Shown: in pieces, positions 26,355 to 34,805 of the stretch | Layout of the letters: each line of letters starts with the position of its first letter | How positions within the stretch are numbered: position 1 is the first letter of the stretch | Assembly (NCBI GenBank): GCA_002323535.1 | Contig: DCQT01000033.1 | Location: forward strand, 31,663 to 95,662 | DNA length: 64,000 nt | Direction of reading: 5' to 3' | Source: Bacteriovoracaceae bacterium UBA1511 | GTDB taxonomy: Bacteria > Bdellovibrionota > Bacteriovoracia > Bacteriovoracales > Bacteriovoracaceae | The notes under the pieces: generated by a model | Databases searched by the model: none | What the model was told of the DNA's origin: nothing | Seen by the model: the letters and a program-made list of their open reading frames with translations, nothing else | Program-made: the position numbers and the translations under genes

Positions 26355-28025
26355 TTAACGGGCACATTGTTGACCCGTTATATGGTCAATAATAGATTGC
26401 CTATCAATCCCTCTGGCACTAAATTCTGCAGAGTTATTAATGAGGTTGTCCAAACGTGTGGCGCTAGTTGGATTATCTGTACTTCCTATTGACCTTAGAT
26501 AATTGTGGATTAAGTCTAAAGCATTTTCGTCAGTAAGTATTTTTTCTTTATTTTCAGTTGCACTTAAAAGCTGATCAAAAAACTCTATCGGATCACCATA
26601 ACACCGACCGGTTCTTGTGCATGTATATAAACCGGGATCATCCGATCCAAACTTAACACCGATCTTAGTATTTTCCAGGAGCAATTGTAATTGCTTTGCT
26701 ATTTTTTCTGGTTCATTCTCTCCAAGTATTTTGTATGTACTTGGCTGAAAAGAAATGTTTACACGACCTGGAAATAGTTCAGATAAAAAATTAATATTAT
26801 CCTCTGTCAGAGTCATACTGTGATTTACTGTAATCTTTAATTTTTTTCCACTTTGATTATCAACGTAAGAAAGGTTACTGAAAAATTGTTTAATGATTTC
26901 AGGATCCTGTAGATGCTCTCCTTCAAACATATGAAATGAAATAACAGGGTTTTCTTTTTGATCAACCCACCTCACTAATGCATCTCTTAGTCTTTTTTGA
27001 CCTTCTAGACCTTCTTGAGTTGAACTATCTAGACCTTCTTGAGTTGAACTATCTAGATTACTCCAGGAAACTTGACTTGTAAGCAGAGTAGCTCCCGGCT
27101 CATCATACTCTTTTGTGCTTGTGAACAAATCTATCTCGTCAGCATTTAGTGGAATGGTTTCTCCTTCCTTTAAATTGTAAAAATTTACTTTGTGAGATAC
27201 TTTCAGATTAATATTATTATTTAAAAATATATTTTTTAATTCTCTTATTGCTGCTTCATTACCTGCTTGGTCAATGAGTAGATAATCCATGTTGGCCATC
27301 ATGATTGTCATTGAAGAATGTCCTTGATTTGCCCACCTCTTCGAAAAGTTGTCCCAAATTTCTTTGATTTTTAAAGATGTTCCATCTATAATAACATCTT
27401 GATCTATAGTTTTAATTACAGCTCTTCTTGTTTTATGCATTCCTGGAAAAAGATCTCTACGAAACTGGGCAACTGTTGGGTTTGTATTCATCGCGAATTT
27501 CTCAGACCAAGAGAAAAGATTTCTATAATTTGAGGAAGAGAATTCCTCGACAGTCGTTCCTGTTAGTAATTTAAATTTTTCATCAAAGCTATTTAATAGA
27601 TCTTTTAATTTTTCTACTTGCTTGTCATTAAGTATGGCAAATTTTTTCTCTCTATTTGTTGGATTTGTAATCCTTGTTTTCCCGTGTTTTGGGTCGTCAC
27701 TTAGCTCTTCCATTAGGACTTGAAATTTTTTTTTAAAATTTTCTAAATCACAATTTGAGGAATAACCCCTTTGATGTTGATTTAAGCATAGCACCTCGTT
27801 GATGATACCGCGTATTTTTCCATCCTCTATATTTGGGGCGAATACCGCTAAGATTGCTTGATGATCTCTCATCGCCTTAGGATGATTTGCATGTTCAAGA
27901 AGAAAATCTTTTCCATTTTTCACAAGATCTTCTGGGCTTTGAGTTGTTGAGACATGGATATGGTCGCCTGCACTGTGTGCAAAAAAGTGAAAGAATGTGA
28001 TAAACGCAAAAAGTATAATTTTCAT
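26355..28025 (-). CDS. Secreted adenosine-deaminase-family (amidohydrolase) protein with a long insertion
   Basis: Signal peptide. HIH (27954-27962), HMFEGEH (26913-26933; H-x-x-E as in ADA HAGE), VNHS, ISFQPSTY (ADA CPWSSY) and GSDDP (26634-26645; ADA TDDP), in ADA order and with ADA-like spacing in the C-terminal half. I prefer the start at ATG 28025, preceded by GGGAGG. Confidence 0.5.
   Translation of the reverse strand: MKIILFAFITFFHFFAHSAGDHIHVSTTQSPEDLVKNGKDFLLEHANHPKAMRDHQAILAVFAPNIEDGKIRGIINEVLCLNQHQRGYSSNCDLENFKKKFQVLMEELSDDPKHGKTRITNPTNREKKFAILNDKQVEKLKDLLNSFDEKFKLLTGTTVEEFSSSNYRNLFSWSEKFAMNTNPTVAQFRRDLFPGMHKTRRAVIKTIDQDVIIDGTSLKIKEIWDNFSKRWANQGHSSMTIMMANMDYLLIDQAGNEAAIRELKNIFLNNNINLKVSHKVNFYNLKEGETIPLNADEIDLFTSTKEYDEPGATLLTSQVSWSNLDSSTQEGLDSSTQEGLEGQKRLRDALVRWVDQKENPVISFHMFEGEHLQDPEIIKQFFSNLSYVDNQSGKKLKITVNHSMTLTEDNINFLSELFPGRVNISFQPSTYKILGENEPEKIAKQLQLLLENTKIGVKFGSDDPGLYTCTRTGRCYGDPIEFFDQLLSATENKEKILTDENALDLIHNYLRSIGSTDNPTSATRLDNLINNSAEFSARGIDRQSIIDHITGQQCAR
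27005..27057. repeat. Perfect 24-bp tandem duplication (2 copies plus a 5-nt partial), in frame within the CDS
   Basis: CTAGACCTTCTTGAGTTGAACTAT at 27005-27028 and 27029-27052. Encodes LDSSTQEG twice. Confidence 0.95.
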
Positions 28026-28027
28026 TT

Positions 28028-31000
28028 TTACCTCCCACACGCTTTTTGCAATGATTTTATTATTTCTTCATCTGAGAAGAATTTCAATGCTGGGTTTTCT
28101 TTTCGTAGTTTTGAAATTCTTCGACTCATTGATGAACCTTCACCTGCTTCTAAAATCTTTTTAATTTTTATTAAAGCTTTCTCTGCAGTAGACACGCGAA
28201 CAGATGTTTTCAATTTTTCTAGCTCACTGGCCAATTCGCTGTTAACAGTTCTTTCAGGATTACTTTCGATTATTTCTTCGATAAGTCTTACTTGCGCTTT
28301 GATCCTGGATAGTTCTTTTCTATTTGCCTTAATAACCCGATAAGGCAAGGCCATTGCTGAATAGAAGGCACCAGGTATTTTTGCACCAGTTTGAATAACA
28401 GCATCTGAGACCTGCCGAGTTCTCGAAAATGGTTTCAAAAGATCTAGATTGTGCTCGATGATTTCTAAAGCTTTAGGTGCATCTTTGAAAATCTCTCTCA
28501 TTGACTCTAAGGCGATTTTTTCCGTTCCGCCTTCCGCTGCAGCTTTCATCTGTTTGACAAATTTATTTAAATTTTCACCATCAAGCGCTTCTAAAAATTC
28601 CCTTAATGCTTCTTCATTTTCAAACAGTCCCCGAAGAAAACTTCTCTTTGGTCTAAATCCTCTTGTCCACCCAGACCTAAGAGCGTCTATTATTTCAGGG
28701 TTGTCTGTGAGAAGGTCAAACATTTTTCTTCTTAATGCTTGGTCCTGTATATCCTCAAACCCTAGTTTTCTTATCATCTCCATTCTGTTTTTTTGGAGCA
28801 TATATTTTGAAGGATTTTTTAGGAAACTTGTTGGTTTCCCGGACATATTTGAAATCCGTCGAAGATCAGAATCAGTAAACTCTTCTAATTTAAATAACTC
28901 TTTGTATGTTGCTTTTAACTCATTCTTCGCAGCTGATGATGCCGCTTCAATCGCCTCTTTTGACGCATTAGAACCAACTAGTCTAGCAAGGGTTTTATTT
29001 GCTTTTTGAAATTTTCTATAGTGGGCAACTTCTTTTATGTCACCAAGAAAGCCAAGAGCAAATAATGGAACCATTGCCATTTCCATATTTGAATCTGAAA
29101 TAGCAGCATCATGTCGCTCATACATCTTAGTTAAGTCATCAATTGAGCAAGATTTATCGCCTTTATACAAGCAAGACAAATAGGACTGAAGTTCTCTAGT
29201 TGTTTGATATCTTTTTCCAAGAGAGCTATATAAATACCAACCAGTACAAATCGCGTCCCCAACAGCTCCAGCAACCTTTGCTGGTGGAGGGGCCATTGTT
29301 AGTGCACCAGCTGCTAAGCACGTTCCCATGACAATTCTCTCCACAACTTTATCAGCATCAAGATCCGCTTGTTCTTTTGCCCTCTCTTTGTTTAGTAAAC
29401 AGCTTCGAACCTCCTCTAGACCTGGGTTATCTGATATAAAGTCTTGTCCAACTTTTCCCTCAAGTAATCTAAGAAATTTATTTTGTTCCCCATCCTGGTC
29501 TTCCTCATTTTTACAAAGCTCCTTAAGTTCTTTGTCTAAAGCAGTGTAGTTCTCTTCAAACTCTGATTTTTGACTTATTTCAACACTACTAAACGGTTTT
29601 TCGTAATATCCGCCGAAAATGTTCCCACTATGTCTATATTTTACTTTGCAATTAGCAGGTTCAGCAGTGAAAGATGTACTGAATGGATCTTTATAAAACT
29701 TCACACATGTTTTTTCATCACCAGTTGCAAGTGAAAGTGAAATTGATGGATCCAAATTATTAAGGTCTTCAATACTAATTTCACCTGCACTAAACAGACT
29801 CGTTTTGCCCTCAGAAGGTTTTAGTCCAACACCTAATGCAGGAAACCTGGTTACAGTCTTCGCAATTGATTCCATTACGAGTCTAAATTCCTCTATTTCT
29901 TGTTTTGCTCGCTCAGCACTAACTTTAAAATCTCGTGTTTGCCTTCCTCCTTCGCTTGAGCACCACTCTCTTAAATTACCTCGGCCAATAATCGTTTCAC
30001 TGTCGTATGTTGGAATCGCTAATTGATCGGAGGGAAATTCGCTAGTATATCGGTCAACGGGAAGGCATATCGCGTATTTTCCTATACCTGTTATTAAGGT
30101 CTCAGCAATTGTTTGTCCTGTCTTAAGTAACCCTGGTTTAAATTTTTCATATTTTTTGTAAAGTTTGTGTGCTCTTTTGATCTGAGCTTGAAATGATTCC
30201 TTAATCTCTTTTAATTCTGTAGTGCTTAATTTTTCAGGTCGCTTGATACCAAGCTTTTTGCATTGGAACTTTTTATCTCTTGGCGCTTCTGAATAAAACT
30301 TGGAATCAAGGTTTGGACAATTTTCATTATTTGTTTTTAATCTGATAGAGATTGTTTTTAATGAACTCCCTTCAATCGTGTATAGATTATTTTTGTACTT
30401 TTTAATCTTTTTTATATAGTTTTCGTCATTAATTCTAGGTGTTAGTGATTTATTATTGATGACAGATCGACAGATCGCTTTGACTTTTTCAATTTTAGTT
30501 AAGTGTTTTATTGAGTCTTTTATAAAATTCTCTGAGTCGTAAGACTCTGGGTTACTTGCAATTTTCTTAATGACTTTTCCTATCCTTTTTTGAGCGTAAG
30601 GGTTTTTACATCTTCTGTTCTGGCAGTTGTCTGTGATACCACCTGGTTCTGATGTTTGAATGTCACATTTTACCTCGTCTTGTGATTTTGACTTTATCGA
30701 TAACTGTTTTGACCTAGAGGTTATACAGTGTCCTTTGTCTTTAGTTACTTTAAAGTCTCTTGGACACCTTCTTATTTTTGGGTGAACTATTTGATTATTC
30801 CTATTTGTCCGCCCCTCAATTTGTAGAGCTCCACGTCTCGAACCAACAACTTTTAAAAATGCATGTCTTGTTGTTGGTGGTATGACCTGGTCTAATTTAA
30901 CTCCCGTGCTTTTGGCCATTGCTAATAATTCTCTTCTGGACAGAGATGTTTGGAGACAGTCCATTCTTTTTTCAGGTAATTTTGTCATGCACACAGCAAA

Positions 31001-33352
31001 TTTTTTCTTAAGTGTGTGATTAACTTTTCTTGTTTCTGGGTCATAAAAACCCTGTTCATGATTTTGTTGTTCGGTAAATTTAATCAAATTGGAGAATGCT
31101 TTATAATTGCTTAATAATCTACATTTAGGATTATTTTTATCATTGTTACATTTTTCTTTGATCTCAGAAATTGCTAAATGAGATTCATAGGAAAAGCATT
31201 GAGTAGCGTATTTAGTAATTAACTCCTCCTCAAACCCAGTTCTTGGTTTTCCCTTGTAATCTTTACTCGCTTGAATTGCCTTAATTCGATTTCTTTGACC
31301 GATAGGAGCGGTCCTTACAAACTGTGGGAGACTTTTGAATGTAGCAGACTTGAATAGTTCTTGTCTTGCTTGACCACATGACAGCTCACTTACATCACAA
31401 GAGCTCGTCGGCTGCCTTTGGCACATGGCTTCCTCATCCTGCTTAATAAAATCTGAAATCTGTTGCAACGTTTTAGCTGGATAGTAACTAAGCTTTGGAA
31501 ATCCTTTTGCACACCTGGTTATGTAACGTTCTTGGTTAAATGTAAGGTCTGTTGACCTAACTCGGCTCATTCTAGACTTTCGATCGCTATAAACATCAGA
31601 CCTTGCTTCCCTTCTCTGTACTTCCGTCTTTTCGGGTGAGTATGCGTCTGTTGCAATTGGATTGTCTTTATTCTCTGTGTACTTAATTATAGGATTCAAA
31701 TTATAACTTTTACAACTTGGATTCTTTTTTAAAGCCTGTGCACTGCTTTGAGTCATCCTATCAGCATAAGAATATTGAAACGGTGAAAGGCTCCTTTGAG
31801 CACCTTTTTCTTCAATTGATTTAACTGAAGATATAACTGCTTTTTGAAGTCTGTATTTTTGAAAATCATTCAACTGTGATACTTGAACGCAAATTTTCTT
31901 GGGTAGTTGATCTAGTTTGGAGATGTAGAATTTTGTGAGTTGGGTATTACCTAAACATGACTTAATTTTGGATACTTCTTTTTTTTGTGCCGGGTGTAGA
32001 CACTTTTTTTGCTTGTTTGTCTTTGTAATTCTTAGTGTGGATACTTTTGCTCGTTCGCAAAATTTTAAGTCGGGAGAATGCAGTTGCGGTTTTTCTTTAC
32101 TTAATGGAGGGATTATCAGAGGTAGGGGGAATTTTGCATCAGACTTAATCTCAATTTGATACTGATCCTTTAGAGATTTAAAAATTATATCCTGATAGTA
32201 ACCGGCCATTTCTGGAAAACCTTTCCCTGGAGTGATAACTATTTTGGGCTTTTCCCCCTGAAGGGTCGATAACTTTATGTATGGTGCTAACCTCTGGATA
32301 AGTTTATTAAAATATTCGTTCTCCTCCGGGTTCTTGATTCTGCTTCTACCAATAGCTTTTTGCAATACTCCTGCTGCAACCTTCTTAGAGGCACAGCCCC
32401 AAACGCTAAAGCCTGAGCCGTATTCAAAAGGATTTTCCTCTGAGCAAGAATGAGGATCACAAAAACTTTTTGTTTTAAACTTTAAGCCTTGAAATTCAGA
32501 AAATGTGAGGTATCCACATCGGTTCTTAAGAGATTTACCTTTTAATTGTGATAAGTAATCACTCAGGCGAGGGCAGTTACAGTGGTGTTCACTTAAACAC
32601 TGTTCTGCAAATCCTTCTGCAAAAGGGATTCTTATATCCCTATCCCTCCATAAGTCATCCAGTCGACTTGTAACAGATGAGTGTGAATACTTAAGCCCCT
32701 CTTTTACACCTAATGTTAGAACTTGCTCAGGCACCTTCCTTTTTTTACATCTTAGGACTGTAAATTCTTTTTTTTGAAAAAGCTGAGATTTGTATATACC
32801 TTTGTCGGTTGTTGCTTTTGTGTACCCGTACAGTTTAAGTAGTTTTCTTATTATAACTTCGGGCATGTGGTCAATTTTCGAGTCCAGAAATTTTCTTAAT
32901 TTCTTGAATGATTTCGGGGTGAATATGCTCTCTGTAGATAAAAGTATTTCGCGCTTAAGCCTCAGGTAATTACTTATACTTCTGTGTCCCTGGTAGCGCG
33001 AATTATTTACAATTTCAGAGAAGATTGACTTAAATGGCTTGAGATAATCTTTGACAAGTTTAGTTGAGAGATTTTTAAGTCGTGCTGTTTTGTTGGCATC
33101 ATAATCGTTTTTATTTTTAATTACTTTAAATAACTCAATCTTTTCAAAGTCATCATCTTTTTGTTTTTGGGAGCATCTTTTGTAATCAACTAATACTCTT
33201 CCTCTAAGTATTGATGAGGCGGGTTCTGGCTCTCTTCGTGCTCTTTGGTCGCTCTTGTAGGACTCTATCTGTCGCTTGCAGGAATACTCACCTTGAGCGT
33301 AAGAGCTTGCAGTTATTAAGCAAATCAATGTAAAAAAGAAGTATCTATTCAA
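28028..33352 (-). CDS. Giant secreted Cys/Lys-rich protein of unknown function (1774 aa)
   Basis: Uninterrupted 5.3-kb ORF. TTG start, then signal peptide NRYFFFTLICLITASSYA. About 1250 aa are basic and Cys-rich, followed by a Gly/Ala hydrophobic segment and a ~450-aa Cys-poor helical tail. I recognise no family motif. Confidence 0.8.
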   Translation of the reverse strand: MNRYFFFTLICLITASSYAQGEYSCKRQIESYKSDQRARREPEPASSILRGRVLVDYKRCSQKQKDDDFEKIELFKVIKNKNDYDANKTARLKNLSTKLVKDYLKPFKSIFSEIVNNSRYQGHRSISNYLRLKREILLSTESIFTPKSFKKLRKFLDSKIDHMPEVIIRKLLKLYGYTKATTDKGIYKSQLFQKKEFTVLRCKKRKVPEQVLTLGVKEGLKYSHSSVTSRLDDLWRDRDIRIPFAEGFAEQCLSEHHCNCPRLSDYLSQLKGKSLKNRCGYLTFSEFQGLKFKTKSFCDPHSCSEENPFEYGSGFSVWGCASKKVAAGVLQKAIGRSRIKNPEENEYFNKLIQRLAPYIKLSTLQGEKPKIVITPGKGFPEMAGYYQDIIFKSLKDQYQIEIKSDAKFPLPLIIPPLSKEKPQLHSPDLKFCERAKVSTLRITKTNKQKKCLHPAQKKEVSKIKSCLGNTQLTKFYISKLDQLPKKICVQVSQLNDFQKYRLQKAVISSVKSIEEKGAQRSLSPFQYSYADRMTQSSAQALKKNPSCKSYNLNPIIKYTENKDNPIATDAYSPEKTEVQRREARSDVYSDRKSRMSRVRSTDLTFNQERYITRCAKGFPKLSYYPAKTLQQISDFIKQDEEAMCQRQPTSSCDVSELSCGQARQELFKSATFKSLPQFVRTAPIGQRNRIKAIQASKDYKGKPRTGFEEELITKYATQCFSYESHLAISEIKEKCNNDKNNPKCRLLSNYKAFSNLIKFTEQQNHEQGFYDPETRKVNHTLKKKFAVCMTKLPEKRMDCLQTSLSRRELLAMAKSTGVKLDQVIPPTTRHAFLKVVGSRRGALQIEGRTNRNNQIVHPKIRRCPRDFKVTKDKGHCITSRSKQLSIKSKSQDEVKCDIQTSEPGGITDNCQNRRCKNPYAQKRIGKVIKKIASNPESYDSENFIKDSIKHLTKIEKVKAICRSVINNKSLTPRINDENYIKKIKKYKNNLYTIEGSSLKTISIRLKTNNENCPNLDSKFYSEAPRDKKFQCKKLGIKRPEKLSTTELKEIKESFQAQIKRAHKLYKKYEKFKPGLLKTGQTIAETLITGIGKYAICLPVDRYTSEFPSDQLAIPTYDSETIIGRGNLREWCSSEGGRQTRDFKVSAERAKQEIEEFRLVMESIAKTVTRFPALGVGLKPSEGKTSLFSAGEISIEDLNNLDPSISLSLATGDEKTCVKFYKDPFSTSFTAEPANCKVKYRHSGNIFGGYYEKPFSSVEISQKSEFEENYTALDKELKELCKNEEDQDGEQNKFLRLLEGKVGQDFISDNPGLEEVRSCLLNKERAKEQADLDADKVVERIVMGTCLAAGALTMAPPPAKVAGAVGDAICTGWYLYSSLGKRYQTTRELQSYLSCLYKGDKSCSIDDLTKMYERHDAAISDSNMEMAMVPLFALGFLGDIKEVAHYRKFQKANKTLARLVGSNASKEAIEAASSAAKNELKATYKELFKLEEFTDSDLRRISNMSGKPTSFLKNPSKYMLQKNRMEMIRKLGFEDIQDQALRRKMFDLLTDNPEIIDALRSGWTRGFRPKRSFLRGLFENEEALREFLEALDGENLNKFVKQMKAAAEGGTEKIALESMREIFKDAPKALEIIEHNLDLLKPFSRTRQVSDAVIQTGAKIPGAFYSAMALPYRVIKANRKELSRIKAQVRLIEEIIESNPERTVNSELASELEKLKTSVRVSTAEKALIKIKKILEAGEGSSMSRRISKLRKENPALKFFSDEEIIKSLQKACGR

Positions 33353-33359
33353 TAGATAC
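33341..33359. promoter_or_regulatory. Perfect 9+1+9 palindrome centred on the start codon of the 1774-aa gene
   Basis: GTATCTATT-C-AATAGATAC. The TTG start (comp. 33350-33352) lies at its centre. Confidence 0.4.
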
Positions 33360-33384
33360 TCTTCGGTAGAAGAAGGGTAATTAA

Positions 33385-34683
33385 TTAGGGATTTGGAAAC
33401 CTCAATAATTTAGGCTTATGCTCACTACAGCTATATAGATTTTGTTTACGGTAAAACTTTTTACACCCAAACATTTTAAATATTCCTGGTTCCCTTAATA
33501 AAATTTCATTTAGTCTAAAACTCCCAGAGGGATGAACCCCGTCATCTTTAGTGCCGCATAGTATTTTGTAAGAGGAGGTGAGTAATCTAAGTTTTTTCAT
33601 TTTGCTATAGCTTCTATTTTCAAGCTCGCGTGAGATAGAATCAGCGGCGAAAATGTCGGCCATAATTTCGTCTTTGTAGTCGATAAGGATTCCTTTTGTT
33701 AACCATGACCCTGGATAATGATTGGCCATACAAAGTATTGTTTCAGACGCTCTTTTTGGAGAAATCACCATATGTTTTTCATGGCCAAAAAGATGTCCTA
33801 ATTCATGAGTGATGACCATTAACATTTTAAAAAATATCTCATCTCTGTGGTCTTCAATATTTTCTTTGTTGTATATTTCGGCCATGAAACTTGGACAAAA
33901 AGTAACAGGGATATTGTGAGGAAGTTCACTTAATTTTTGACCTGGCACGAATGCACTTCCAAAAACTCCATAATACGTGCAGTTTCGAATAAAGCCATCT
34001 CTTGCAAAGTCATAACTGTCTTTAAACCTTGCTTCTGCTTTTGGGTTCAAACTAAAAAGCGGTTTGATGCGGTTTAAAAGTTCTAAGGCACTTTTAATTT
34101 TTTCTTCTTTTTGTTTTCCACTATATTGTTTTGATAAATGGTTTTTTATACTTGTTGAAAATGTTTCAATTGATGAGTTGAAAATATCTTCTAAAAGATC
34201 TTCTTTTGGTTCTATAATATCACTAAGGTGTTGTTGTTGTCGTTGATAGTACTCAGCAAATAGGTTTTCTTTTAGCTTAATTACTTGCTCTTCTTTTTCA
34301 AGATATTTATTTAAAACTGTATCTAGTTTAGAGTTGATTTCACCCCATCCACAAGTTTTAGGTATCTCTTCTTGTGATCCACATCTGTTGAACATTTTTA
34401 TATCAAAATCAAAAAATTGGCTTGTATCTAATTCATTTATTCCGTGAATTTTGAAGAGATCAACACTACTTTCGATTGTCTCGTAAAAGGGCTTTAGTGC
34501 AATCCTTCTTATACTTTTTTGATTGCTTTTGAAGTTTTTTGAGTCGCAAATAACACTTGTTGGGTTTTTACAAAATTTTTCAAAAATAGGATCTTCTAAT
34601 TCTTTACTAGACTGACAGCTCTCGCTTCTCAAGGCCGCATTTATTAGTAGCGTGCTTAATATTAAAATTAATTTTGTTTTCAT
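33385..34683 (-). CDS. Secreted zinc metallopeptidase-like protein (HExxH), family unassigned
   Basis: Signal peptide. MLMVITHELGHLFGHEKH (about 33775-33807). Several Cys residues. Confidence 0.65.
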   Translation of the reverse strand: MKTKLILILSTLLINAALRSESCQSSKELEDPIFEKFCKNPTSVICDSKNFKSNQKSIRRIALKPFYETIESSVDLFKIHGINELDTSQFFDFDIKMFNRCGSQEEIPKTCGWGEINSKLDTVLNKYLEKEEQVIKLKENLFAEYYQRQQQHLSDIIEPKEDLLEDIFNSSIETFSTSIKNHLSKQYSGKQKEEKIKSALELLNRIKPLFSLNPKAEARFKDSYDFARDGFIRNCTYYGVFGSAFVPGQKLSELPHNIPVTFCPSFMAEIYNKENIEDHRDEIFFKMLMVITHELGHLFGHEKHMVISPKRASETILCMANHYPGSWLTKGILIDYKDEIMADIFAADSISRELENRSYSKMKKLRLLTSSYKILCGTKDDGVHPSGSFRLNEILLREPGIFKMFGCKKFYRKQNLYSCSEHKPKLLRFPNP

Positions 34684-34718
34684 TCTTGATCCCCTCTTTA
34701 GTTATTGGGGCAAGAATG
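34681..34718 (-). promoter_or_regulatory. 5'-UTR hairpin enclosing the SD and AUG of the zincin gene
   Basis: The minus strand reads CATTCTTG-CCCC-(12-nt loop)-GGGG-AT-CAAGAATG. This is a 12-bp stem with a 2-nt bulge, and the 3' arm ends in the start ATG. Confidence 0.4.
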
Positions 34719-34805
34719 AATCCAAAACTTTGTTTTAAAGTTTAGTGCTTTAAACATTTTCATCTGTCTAATTTTTAGACGATGCAGTTTTTAACTTTTA
34801 TATTT

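Noticed and set aside
26356-26380. 7-bp hairpin (TAACGGG...CCCGTTA) between convergent gluQ and the ADA-like gene as a terminator
   Set aside because: It lies inside the last codons of the minus-strand CDS and has no downstream T-tract in either orientation. The support is weak.
27005-27057. Possible CRISPR or minisatellite
   Set aside because: There are only two directly adjacent identical 24-bp units with no spacers, and they lie in frame inside a CDS. This is a simple tandem duplication.
27954-32159. Track ORFs antisense to the giant gene and the ADA-like gene (27954-28343, 28449-29009, 29328-29549, 29805-30026, 31935-32159)
   Set aside because: All lie inside a continuous 5.3-kb ORF on the other strand, are Ser/Phe/Leu-rich and lack an RBS. 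They are typical shadow ORFs in AT-rich DNA. The same reasoning applies to 1467-1724, 3928-4194, 8201-8383, 9329-9685, 10074-10468, 14704-15024, 16859-17041, 17937-18134, 18739-18990, 19400-19672, 20276-20521, 21047-21316, 23736-23933, 24254-24722, 34064-34246, 35544-35750, 37142-37363, 39501-39689, 43509-43859, 45130-45321, 47020-47334, 47412-47597, 51998-52183, 53073-53255, 53869-54072, 54244-54477, 55317-55517, 56649-56849, 58282-58566, 58885-59242, 61034-61297, 61708-61896 and 62078-62284.
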